A stretch of 64,000 nt of DNA, taken from NCBI GenBank assembly GCA_964247055.1, contig OZ176054.1, forward strand, positions 8,804,001-8,868,000. Direction: 5' to 3'. The notes beneath the pieces were generated by a model. The model was not told where the DNA came from and made no database searches. It worked only from the letters and a program-made list of their open reading frames with translations. How positions within the stretch are numbered: position 1 is the first letter of the stretch; every line of letters begins with the position of its first letter. Shown in pieces: positions 15,001-26,565 of this stretch. A program made the position numbers and the translations under genes. The stretch comes from Paragordius varius. Taxonomy: Eukaryota > Animalia > Nematomorpha.

Positions 15001-16987
15001 TTTACGATATATATCTCTATCATTTGTTGCGTTTCGAGGTACGTTCAGGAATTTAAAATCTTGTTCTATATGATTTGAGTCCAAGTTGTTTTAGGCCTCT
15101 TTTTTTCCTTTGAAAGCAGGGATCTGTAAATCAAGAGTTTCGTTTGCAAGTGAGTCTATACTGGATCTGTTTATGTGTCCAAAATACCGAAGTCTATTTT
15201 TTCTGATAAAAGCTGTTATTGGTTCTAGTTCATTTATGGTAGAATCATCATATATTTTAGCATTTTGTCTTCCGTTCTTTTCAATCTCGATTCTAATGTT
15301 TTTGTGATTGCCCTGGTTTCGCAGGCGTAGGTAAGGGTAGGGCGGACACCCACTTTATACATTTTTATTTTATTTTTTACGGTTATGTCTTTATGTGTTA
15401 ATACATATTTGAGTTGGTTAAATTTTGCCCAGCCGAGTTTGATTCTATGTGATATGGTTGTTTGAGGGTCCCCATTATTATTACTGATATTACCTAAATA
15501 GGTGAAATCGTTGACGATTTCGAACTAAAATTTTCTATGCTAAACTCCCTTGATTTAGGGATGTTTGGTTTACCGGATATACAGCTTTGGCATTTAAAAT
15601 TTTTATTGTCAATTAATTTTCCTTTCAGGTTAGTGCATTTTTTGTGGACCCACATTTTACAAGATATACATAAAATGGAATTTGTTTTAACCTCTTTGTA
15701 GCAAATAGAGCAGGGGTATTTTATGGTTCTTTTTTCATCTCCTGTAATAATTACTTTTGTCTTTTCTATAATTTTTTGGCCATGTTTTTGGAAAAATGCC
15801 ATTTGAGGTATGAACTTTTCAGTTCATGTGCTGTTTTTGCTGTTATAAACAAGTCATCGGCGTACAGCATGTTCCATGGTGGAACAGCTGCAGAGTCTCT
15901 GATTATATAATCCATTATTATTATGAACAGTAGTGGGCTTAGAGTTGAGCCCCGATGGAGGCCTATATTAATGTTAAAATAATTTATGTTTCCGACTGGT
16001 GTTTTAACGCAGCTTTGTGCATATTCATACAGGAGCATTATTGATTTTATTAAATATTCTTCGATTTTTTGATACCTTAATGCCTCGGTGTCTGGGTATA
16101 GTATCAAACACTTTTTCCAGATCTATAAAGATGTGGAACAGCTTTCTTGCAGACGATTTAAAATGAAAATGGACTCTGATGTGCTTTTACCTTCTTGAAA
16201 GGCGAATTGATTTTTATTAATTGTTATATTTTTAATTCTATTTTAATCATTGTTTCAAAGACTTTCATACCATGTCCCAAAAGTTTTAGTGGGCGATAAT
16301 TGGAGCAATCAAGGGCATCTCCTTTATTTTTATAAACGGGATAAATGTAGCTTTTGTCCCATTCTGGTATTGTATTGTTTTTGTATACCAAATTAAACAG
16401 CTCCACCAAAAATTTAACAGTTATCGGTGTGGCTTTTATTAAATCTGCAGAGATCTCAGAGGGCCCAGTGGCTTTGTTAGATTTCATGTTTTTCATTACT
16501 ATTGCTATTTTTGGGGTGAATTCCTAAATGGGACCTTGTATAAAAATATTTATACACATGCCATTATTGAATTTTATATCTACAGATCTAAAAACCTAGA
16601 AATATTTAGCATCGCCAAGCATTTATTTAATTTTTTTATGTTTCTTATCTTTTTAGAACATGCTTTAAATCTGTAAAAAAAATTATTTTTAATACATATT
16701 ATTTATTTATTAAAATTATTAAATTAGTATCTCATTTTTTTGTAGATGATGATTCATCACCGACAAATTCATCAAAACCTAACAATAATAATAATCAATT
16801 AAAAAAGATGTTTAAAAATACCATAAAATTTGGGGAAAAGAAGAAAAAAAGTGTGAATAAAATGCGTTTGCCTACCGCGTCTACCTGCTTTAATTTGCTG
16901 AAGCTTCCAAATTATCCTTCCAAATCTATTCTCCGAGAAAAATTGTTATATGCCTTAAATAGTGGCACAGGGTTTGAATTATCTTAA
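6026..16987 (+). CDS. UBE3B: UBE3B-like HECT E3 ubiquitin ligase with N-terminal IQ motif, 11 coding exons
   Basis: Exon model: 6026-7254, 8869-9469, 9553-9705, 10541-10662, 11266-11488, 11811-12031 (3' end uncertain), 12966-13138, 13232-13411, 14066-14301, 14573-14744, 16746-16987. All junctions are GT-AG with matching phases. Motifs: IQ ([12 protein letters not shown]), [99 protein letters not shown]. The last closely matches the UBE3B C-terminus with the catalytic Cys. The 5' end is uncertain: a non-coding first exon may end at the donor at 3863 and splice to the AG at 6008. Confidence 0.92.
10795..11067 (-). mobile_element. MITE family F1 copy (TACCATTT end, 21-bp subterminal repeats), left end truncated
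   Basis: Reverse complement of 17862-18208. Ends ..GAACTGTAAATGGTA; internal spacer shared with the other copy. Lies in UBE3B intron 4. Confidence 0.75.
12074..12669. mobile_element. MITE family F2 (TACCATTTGCACTTCAAGAGTGTCCTTGAACACTTCAAG TIR, 21-bp arrays)
   Basis: TIR of ~40 bp at both ends. The right arm has 21-bp units such as CAACTTGAAATGCTCAGGCAC and CAACTTGAAGTGTTCAAGGAC. The left flank is (TA)n. A partial F1 copy starts at 12690. Confidence 0.8.
14955..16520 (-). mobile_element. 5'-truncated, decayed RTE-like LINE in the last UBE3B intron
   Basis: RT fragments: 16224-16496 ([37 protein letters not shown]) and 15766-16107 ([19 protein letters not shown]). Cys/His finger at 15494-15802. 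C-terminus [28 protein letters not shown] at ~15050-15350. Frameshifts and deletions are present. Confidence 0.88.
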
Positions 16988-17154
16988 ACGGTGCGTACGC
17001 TCAAAAATATAATTTATTATTTAAATAGTGTGTATATATTTTATGAAATAAAAGACGTATATTTATCCATGAAAATGAAATATTATATGACTTGTGTTTA
17101 CTATAAAATTCTGGACTAAATAATCTATATTTTGGATAATCTGATCATGTAGAG

Positions 17155-17480
17155 CAGGGGTGTCCTAACACAAATGATATCGCGAACCGCATTTTAGAAT
17201 TGAAAAAACTGGCGGGCCAATTTAGTAATATATATGGGTATTAATAAGTATTTAATTTAATTTAAACTATAACAAAATGCAAACGCAATATTACTATTTA
17301 TTTATTTCATCAATTTTTTCTCGTTTGTTATGAATTGTGGAAACTTATTTAGATTATTTGTTCAAAATATCAGTTGTGCTAAAATTTTGTTAACAATTTT
17401 TGCAATTTCGTATTTATTTAGACAGTTTCCAAATTTTTCGCGGGCCGCACATAATGCTCGGACACATGCGGTGACCCCTT
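17155..17480. mobile_element. Degenerate hAT-like MITE (CAGGGGTGTCC.. end, GCGGGCCG subterminal motifs)
   Basis: CAGGGGTGTCCTAAC at 17155 and ..CGCGGGCCGCAC..GTGACCCCT at ~17440-17479. Flanks ATGTAGAG and AACTAGAG resemble a decayed 8-bp TSD. Related motifs occur at ~22370-22500 and ~33130-33400. Confidence 0.5.
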
Positions 17481-17861
17481 AACTAGAGGTTATGTTGTTT
17501 CAAATATATTCTTTTCATCCATTTATTAAATGGTTAAAATAATTTACAGAAGAAAATATAAAATATATTTTTATGTTTAACAAAGAGGATTAAGTATTTA
17601 TTGGAATTGTTAAATTTTGTTGAAAAAATTATATATCATAACAAAAATGTTACTTTTATATTCAAAGAGAAAATTGCGTATGGTAAAAAACAACAAATGG
17701 CTAAAATTAAACATTTCCCTACGCTTTAACATAAATTTAGTTTATTTAATTTTGGGCTAATTTTATACCATACGCTGGCTGTAAATCACATATTTCTTAT
17801 TATCTAATTATATTAAAACGTAGTTATAGAAACAATACCCAATAAATATGCTTCAAATATA

Positions 17862-18208
17862 TACCATTTACAGTTCAAGTTCACCCTAAAACCATTCAAA
17901 TTCACCCTTGAACAATTTAAATTCACCCTTGAACAATTCAAATTCACCCTTGAACAATTCAAATTCACCTTCGAACAATTCAAATTCACCCTAAAAATAA
18001 ATTATGTGTTTTCGAACTAGTATAATTCATTATTAATATTATGTTTATGGTATAGTTTATTATTTTTTCAGCATTATTTTAATTTAAAACGAAACTTTTA
18101 TTTTTGAAAAATATAAAAAATATAGGTAATTTTAAATCTTAAAAAACATATATTTTATTTGAGGGTGAATTTGAATTGTTTAAGGGTGAAATTGAACTGT
18201 AAATGGTA
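17862..18208. mobile_element. MITE family F1, complete copy (TACCATTTACAGTTCAA TIR; array of TTCACCCTTGAACAATTCAAA)
   Basis: TIR ~50 bp, four to five tandem 21-bp units in the left arm, TATA flanks on both sides. Lies between the convergent UBE3B and QTRT1 3' ends. Confidence 0.85.
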
Positions 18209-18328
18209 TATATTATAAATTTTTATCAGAATACTTTATATGCAAAAATATCTTCTGCCTCTAACGAGATGAAGTCCCAAAAAATTATCATAGGATATAA
18301 AATAAAATTATTTATCTAACGGTATTTA

Positions 18329-21300
18329 TTAACTATTATTTTCATTTATATTATCAAAATTAATTTTTATTTTTGTACCATAATTTAATGCGTTCATAAC
18401 CCAATCGGGTATGTTATCCTTGTTGCCTTGGTATAATTTGTGTAAAAAACGATTAACAAACACATCGAATGTATCCTCCATTATACTGTTGCGAATGTTT
18501 TGCATCAAATCATACTATATAATCATATAAATAATATATTTTCATAGCAAATAGAGAAAGCTATTTGAGGAAAATTAAAACAATGTTAAAGTATTCATTT
18601 AAGTTAAAATTGACACTTAATTATTGGCCAATTTCGTTTTGGTCACAAAATAAAATTCCAGTTTGGTTATGGCCATAAATGACTTAACTGACCATTTATT
18701 ATAACGGGTCGAAAATTAAACCCTATTCTCAACACCATTTTTCTTCTCCTCAATTAATATATAACTAAGTTCTAATACTTATTAAATTATTTTCCCTCAA
18801 TATTAAGAATTGCTACAAATGTGTTATTGATTACACTAGGTCATGTTTTGTCCATTTATAATATATGAGAACGATTTTAATGGATAAATTGTATTATGTA
18901 ATAAATTAAGTTTTGTATCCGGTTTACTCGTAATTTCTTAGGTTCTTTATTATAATTATTAGCATTTTGTGCTGAGCAGAAAAAATAATTTCTTTGTCTT
19001 AGACGGATGCTGGACAATATCTGTGCTTGGGAAAGGACCACATTATGAACCAGGTCTCGTGGCCTGCGGTTTTGTATTTATACGCTTATGCATATATACA
19101 TAATTTTTTTTATCTGACATTGTAAAATAATTATTTTTAATGACAAAATATAACGGTTCATAGGTATTCTCAGTAATTTATTTAAGCATATATAAGCGTA
19201 TTAAACTTTTCTAACGCTAATAAAATGGCTTTGGCCTCCTTTTCTATAATTTCTCGACAACGGAACGTTTCTTATAAACAAGCCCCCCTAAAATTCGTCC
19301 AGAATTTACTGGGGATTTGGGGCACAAGAAAGACTAAAAGAAAGTCTGGTATATTTTAAAGACCTAAACGCGGTGTTATTTTGGTAAAAAGGCTTTGGAA
19401 ATGGTTGTGCTGGTAATTAAAAATAAGCATCTCTCAAGTAGAGTGTTAAAATGTTTTATTAAAGGGAATATTGTTAATTACACCTTAAAAGGTAGGGATT
19501 TAATATTTCGGGGTCTAAGTTATATTTATTAATGACTTAAAATCAGCACAAATTTTTAATTTATTAGTAGAAAACATCGTCTCTAAGACTAAACCAACAT
19601 ATGGCACTCTGTTCAGATTCTATCTCAATAATTTTCAAAGCGAACAATTTTTGTCTCCTTATCGTTTACTGCCAAACTAGTTAAAACCTCCCGCCCCTAC
19701 TATTGTTTGTTAAAAATATCTTTATTGGTTACCATTCCAACAACTCACAACTGTATTGGATATGTAATCATATAACTTAGGCAGGATGTATTGAATAATT
19801 TATCCAATATACGAAAAAAAACAATTCATTCTTTGGTATAATACAATTGGTTACTTTGGTCATCCCATTTAATGAAAGTTTTACAAATGTCTAAGCTATT
19901 TCGTAAAATATGAACAATTGGAAGGGAGATAAAAGACGTCAAGAGGAACCCAGTGATAAAAGTTATCAGGATAATAACAAAAATCAATATTCTTGGATTA
20001 ATAAGAGATAGAATATATTACAAAAATTGCATTTTCCAGCAAAATTTTAATGGTATCTCATGGCAGAAAAATAATTTCGAAGCAGAAGCACGTTTTATCT
20101 TGTTAAATTTTTGAGATCCGAACAGCCTGATAAAGCGTTATTAAAATTCTAAAAAAGATTAAAAAAATTGACAGCAGAGTGCCGATTCAAAAATAATATC
20201 AAAAAATTAATCTGGAATGTGTTCATACGTAAAAGAAATTGGAATCAAAACTATTGAGCAGGTACCCGAAGGCATTAGATATCGATCAATCAAAAATCTA
20301 AAAAGATACTAAATTTGGTAAGGGTATATAAAAATTCTCGTCTGGAATCGAACTCAGAAGGACAAGTAATAATGATGATATGATACTGCATGTCGGAAAA
20401 TGATGTAAAAACATAAGCATAAATATGTAAAACCATGTTCCCCTTCCCCACCGCAAAAGCTTGTTCGAAATCTGATGGCGCTTCATTAACCACAGATATT
20501 GTTCAACATTCGGCAAAGAATGTTATAAATGCCACAAAAAGAATCATTTCTATGATCATTATAAAAAAAACGGAAGGAGTGGATATCTCTCTGAGGTAAA
20601 AATAAATAAATTAGTACCTGAGATATATATTCTTGAATATTATCATTATCCTATTCTTAAATAAGTATTTTTACGATCATTGTTTTTGATCCAAAATTTT
20701 GAAGAATGTTAAAAAAACTAACCTGATATTGTAAATTATGCAAGGATATGAGATGACATGCATTTGGAGTATCGGAATATATTCGATTAATATAGGCTTT
20801 GGTATAGTGTTTACATGTAAAACAAATGCAATCACTATCGATAGGTGTATGATCATTTTTGTATTGCGCGTTGGTTAAATTTATGTGACCCCAAGGTACA
20901 AGTGCTCGACCAAATCTCTTGATATGTTCAAAAAATTATTTAACTTAAAATAATTAAATAAATAATTTTTACCAAAGATAAAATATCAAATATTTTTAGT
21001 ATTATAAAAGGAAATATATACGGCTGTGCGATTTGGGAAAACACAATCGAACATATCAACTCCCAAAGCTACACACATAACCATATCTAAGGCATATCTT
21101 AAAAATAATATATATATATAGATATATAAATGCTAATTTAACGTGATAATTTAAACCTAAAACTTTCATAGGCATCGTCAGGACTTTTTAATGAATGTTA
21201 AAAATCAAATTTTTTAAAAATTTATGATAATTATTTAATGGTGTCAGACAAAGAAAATATAATAATTTTAATCTATTTTATAGAATAAAACATCATTATT

Positions 21301-21983
21301 TCATATAATTATTAATAATATTAAAATTTACATACTGCCTAACATTTTATGTTTATTAATGTTAATTAAGGTTAAAGTAAATATACCCTACTCCCATAGA
21401 ATAACGTGGTTTATTGGTTGGAAGCATATCGGTGCATAGATCAACTATACGCCAAAATTTGTCTTTTTCTTCACCACCGCTTAAGCCCCCGATAGCATAA
21501 CCAGGTGTGTCTCTTTTAACCATTTCTATTTTTTTTTTAAAAAAAAATAAGAATGTTAATTAAAAATATCAGCAAAATAAACTGTTATTTGAACGATTCT
21601 TTAAGTTATATTGATAAAAAAATTTATATTGCAAATGAAAATGGAATTTTATAGAATAACGTTGTTTGATATATTGCTATAAATCAGACATAAGTTGATT
21701 ACAAATAATTTTATAACCCTTTTAAACAACTAATTTATTGATTTTTTCGAGCTATAATTTTGGAAAACCTTCTCGAGTTAATTGACTTATTAGATAGGGA
21801 ATAATTAATTTATGATTACCCTGACAACAAATTTTTCTCAAATTTGGGTCCAATCCTCCTTGTATTATGGAAAACAAAGCTTGTTCATTAGGCCTTTCAT
21901 GAGCATTTATACATCGATCTAGCCATTGGACCGACCTAAAAACGTAAAAATGTGCCAAATAGTGATATATTTAAAAAAAATTA

Positions 21984-22024
<41 letters not shown>

Positions 22025-23266
22025 ATATTTAATGACACGTGAAGGAAAAATATTATTATCGTAAGTGTTGTAGTTTTTGTACCAAATAAATCGTTTATTA
22101 TTAATCAAAATAATTAAAATTTTCCCAACTATCAATAACTATAATATTTAATGTTGAATCATTTATTGCAACATAATTATATTTAAAAAAAATTGGTTAC
22201 ATTGGATTCAAGTTTTATAATTATAATTAAATTATAAATAAACTTAATATATCGACATGTAATAATTTGTGTTATTACGCTTAAAAAATTATTAGCAGAC
22301 GCCCACTCGCTTAAAAATAAATGGTTAATCATATTACATTGTTAGATTAAACAAGTGACATTCAAACTGCGGCCCAAAAAATGCTTTTCTATGGCTTTTT
22401 AAAAAATTTTAATGTTCTGAATATAAATATCTGCAAATGTATTAAAAAGATATGAAATTTTTATCAGTATAATATGGTTCACGGTCAATATTTTTTGCGG
22501 CCCTTTGAATTTTTTGGTGAATACAACTGGAATAAACCACCAACGATAAAATTAAGTAAAACTAATAGAATTATTTGAACTAACCTATACATGGCTTCTT
22601 CCACACGAGGACCCGTTGAAATACTCGGGATAACATCATCCAATTGCATTATAATATCGGCTCCTAATTTATTTTGAATCCTTATAGAATCTTCAGGGGC
22701 AAGAAATGATTCGCTGAAATATTTTATAATTATACTTTTTAACTTTTATATTATTAGTATAATGAATGGTTATCAATGAAATGACTTTTAGTAAACATTT
22801 TTAATATAAAACCATTAAATAAAACCTAAATGTAAACGGATCCACAAATGAGACACCTTTCTCATTTACTTTGGCAAGCTTTGAAAGCGAAACCATTTGA
22901 AATCCTCCACTGTCCTATGAAATGAAAAATTTATATTTATTGTATAAAATATTTATTAAAATTTTACAGTCAAGAGTGATTGATCCCAATTGCAAAATTT
23001 GTGCAAACCACCCAGATTTTGTACAGTGTCGCTTCCCTATTAATAAAAAATTCAGAAACTGGTCGTTGAGAAAGGTGATATGTATTTCCCAAAATTAATT
23101 TGTAACCAATTTGTTTTATCTGTTCCGGTAAAAGTCCTTTTATAGTGCCGTGAGTTCCTACAGGCATAAATATTGGCAAATGTATAGTGGAATGAGGTAG
23201 TTTTAAAATAGATAATCTAGCTTTTGAATGGGAACATAGGGCTATAATTTCAAAATTTAAAGCCAT
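18329..23266 (-). CDS. QTRT1: Queuine tRNA-ribosyltransferase catalytic subunit (eukaryotic TGT), 9 exons, 401 aa
   Basis: Exons: 23266-23060, 23036-22968, 22914-22826, 22713-22585, 21935-21820, 21525-21387, 21097-21022, 20917-20723, 18514-18329 (1206 nt, all GT-AG, phases match). Motifs: [66 protein letters not shown], zinc site CICFTC..HN. Confidence 0.95.
19150..19620 (-). mobile_element. Highly decayed Ty3/gypsy pol remnant in QTRT1 intron 8
   Basis: Minus strand gives [18 protein letters not shown] (RT start, ~19490-19570) and [19 protein letters not shown] (RNase H, ~19190-19250). Stops are present. Confidence 0.6.
20030..20580 (+). mobile_element. Decayed gypsy gag-like remnant in QTRT1 intron 8
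   Basis: Plus strand gives [16 protein letters not shown] (~20240-20290) and [18 protein letters not shown] (~20497-20550), a CX2CX4H knuckle lacking the last Cys. Frameshifted. Confidence 0.55.
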
Positions 23267-23639
23267 GCCTTTTTATACTTTCACTAAATCATCTGTTTTT
23301 TATTTAAAAAAAAAATTATTATCTTTTAATTTTTACGAAGTTAAATTTTGGGTATTTTATCCAGGTGTAAATAAACTATTGTTTCAAGAGTTGATTTGTT
23401 AATTATTTGATTATCAAAGCATTTATATATTTATATTTTAATATAAAAAAAAATTTATGATATTTTTTTTAAATAGTTTTATTTTTTGACACTTCATAAT
23501 CTTGTCGCTTTTTTGTCCATGATGACATGGAGTACTTTTACCCAAAGACCAATCTTGTAACACTTACTACTTTGTTATTACACCAAAGAATTAGTTATCA
23601 AGGTTATTCTGTAATGGATAAATCATAATATTTACATTG

Positions 23640-23960
23640 TTAAAAGTCTAAATTTGGACAGTGACAAAAAAATAAATGAAAAAATTAATCATTAAATATC
23701 AAATTTTTTTGGTAAAATGTAACCTTGAATCTTGCTAAAGTTAATTAATTACTTTTTTAACCATAATATATATATATGTATACATATATTTGTAATGAGA
23801 TTTTAAAAAAGCGGCGAAAACGTTTTAGATAGATCTTTTTTAAAAAAATATAAAGAATGCGCTTGAAAAGCTAAAAATAATATTTTCAAATTCGGAATAT
23901 CTTAAAATTATAATATTCAAATTTCAACTAGTTTTGGGATACATTTCCACAAAAGTTGAT
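23640..23960. repeat. Dispersed DNA-transposon-like repeat (AAAATGGCGGCGAAAAAGTT family)
   Basis: Shares TTTGGTAAAATGTAACCT, (GG)CGGCGAAAA, AAAGCTAAA and TTCAAATTTCAA blocks with ~44560-44780 and ~56490-56850. Reverse-oriented relatives occur at ~9770-10270 and ~24780-25050. Confidence 0.6.
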
Positions 23961-25427
23961 GAAGTTTTTAAAAAAAACCTTAACAATTGAATGCAACACA
24001 TTCATTTTAGTGCAAATAGGAATGCTGTAATCAAATATTTCCAATGTAAATTGACAAGTTTGCCTTTATATAACACTGGCGCACCGAAATTTAAAAAGAC
24101 TTGATATTACTTATTTGAATAAACCTCGTGTTAAAAATTAAGTCAAAATGACATATAATTATAATGCAATGTAAACCAGTTTTTCTGTGTTAAATGAAAT
24201 TTAAATAAAATTTAGCCTTAATTTTAGCGTTATATCAAATAAAACATAATATTTTGCAAAAATGTTATAAATGGCATCGAAATAATATCTATAGAACCTT
24301 TTTAAAAACTAAATATTATTATAATATTTTGATTTCTTTATATAATTTTTATTAGAATGAAAGCATACGTTTAAATTAGAACTGTTTCTTTAATTAGTAT
24401 TTTTAAATATCAACTTAAATAAAGTCTGGAGCTCTATATACCCAATTTGAATCTGCTACGTAATATTTTTCAGCTCATAACCTCGGGGCAGTGGGGTGAG
24501 CGTATGCAGCGCATGGTGCATGAATCCTTGAAAACGCCCCCTCTTTTTTGTTAGTACCAAATAAGATAAGCACTTTTAATTAATGATTTTTTGGGGTATT
24601 TGTATACCCCATGGACATTAAAAAATAAATATCTTAAAAAATATTTTTAGCGTTTGGTCAAATTTAAAAATATTTTTTAGCTTTTTATATTACTTTTTTA
24701 TGTAAAATCGTATGAAATCCTTATCTTAAACTTTTTCGACTTATTTTTTTAAATAATGAAGACAACAAGCACTATTATGGTTAAAATATTAATTTAATTT
24801 ACTTTGGAGAGCTTTCAAAATTGCAATTTACCATTTTCGATATTTATTGATTTTAATATTAGCTGTTCGTTTCAATCGTGCTATCTAAATTTAGGGCTAT
24901 AGAAGTTATAAAACTGTAAGAATTTCATGTTTTTATATACAGGAGAAGAGGGTTAATTTTAACCAAATCAACTTTCAATAGTTTTACTACTTTAAGCTCT
25001 GGGGTCAAAAACACCCCAAATATTTATCGTGGACCAAAAAATGAATATAAACTGTAAATAAAAACAAAATTTACCGTCTCTTATTCATGGCGCCAGAAAT
25101 GACATCCTTTCTACCCCACCACGCTCCTCCTTTATGTTAGACCCAATTTTTCTTTTGTAAATGTATAGCAATGAAAGCTATATTAATTTTATTTTCATAG
25201 AAATATTTTATTTATATTTAATTAATTTGATCAAAAGTAAAGTTTATCTTTTAGGGTCAGTTTCGTACCCTCTAGCAATCTTAAAATTCGATTATTTAAT
25301 CAACTTTATAATGCTTAAATTTCCAAGAAATATTTCTATATTTTAGTGCTGTTTATTTTAATCGGGTTTTAGAGCTCCAGAATATCGGATTTTAGAGGTT
25401 AGAAAAATACAAAAAATATATTATTAT

Positions 25428-26565
25428 CTGTGTGCAAAAAAATTAAAAATTTTTTTTCATGAGAAAGCTTATGTCCAGCAAATAAATTTGTCGCAAAAAT
25501 TTTTATTTGTTGACGACCTAGTTTTTTGAGATATTGAGAGAATATCAAAATTGGGCAAAAAGCGAAAATTATGGATAATTAAAAAAATAATGATAAATTT
25601 TGAATTATGTTTATATTATTTTAGCAGATATTTACAATTTATAAATAGCCTATAATCATATAGTTTGGGTTTTTATAAAATTTCAGAAAAATCGCGTTTT
25701 TCTATTAACATACTTAAAAGATAAAAATTATAAAACTACATTAAAATATTTTTTTAGTTATTTCCTAGCTAAACTTTTAATATTTTAACAATCATAATTT
25801 ATCAGTAAAAAATCTTATACATTATCCGGTTTATTATAAAATATTTACTGTTTTATTTTGGAATATATGACCAGAAAATATAAAGTATATAAATTGATAC
25901 AAAACAGGATATACAAGTAGTGGAACTTCAACAAAAATCCGTACAAATCCCAGTAAAAATATTAATCTGTGTTAAAACAAACCTGTTACAGGGAAGACGG
26001 ATTGTTGGTTAATATTCCACTACTTTTAATTCCTTTTTTTGCATAATTTCTTTATAATTCCCGGTCATATAAGATTCCAAAATAAAGTAAATTTTTTATA
26101 CACTCAGAAACATGAAGACAAAAAAGTTAAAAAATAAAAAATATTTTTTTGAGTTCAATTTTGTATAAGTTTTTTACTAAATAAAATATGAATGTTAAGA
26201 TTTTAATAAGGAGTTTATCTAGCAAATAATTTTAAAAAATTATTTTAATATAGTTTCATAAAAAGTTTTTTGTCTTTTAAGTACGTTACGCGATCTTTTG
26301 GTCTGAAATTTTGTGAAAAGCCAAACTATATGATTTCAGGCTATTTATAAATTGTAAATATCTGCAATACACCATAATATCTCAAGTTTTATCATTATTT
26401 TTTTAATTATCCTTAATTTTCACTTTTTGCCCAATTTTGATTTCCTCTCAAATTTCAAAACTAGATCGTCAACAAAAAAAATTATTTGGGGCGAATTCGC
26501 TGGTCATAAGCTTTTTCATGGAAAAAAAACTTTTGTTAAAAATTAACCCTCTTTTTTGCACACAG
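25428..26565. mobile_element. Foldback-type element with ~280-bp inverted arms
   Basis: 25428-~25710 is the reverse complement of ~26285-26565 (ends CTGTGTGCAAAAA / TTTTTGCACACAG). An inner short IR pairs ~25860 with ~26050-26078. No ORF. Confidence 0.8.

Noticed and set aside
17890-17990. 21-bp tandem array resembling a CRISPR
   Set aside because: Units are contiguous with no unique spacers, lie within a eukaryotic MITE arm, and there are no cas genes.
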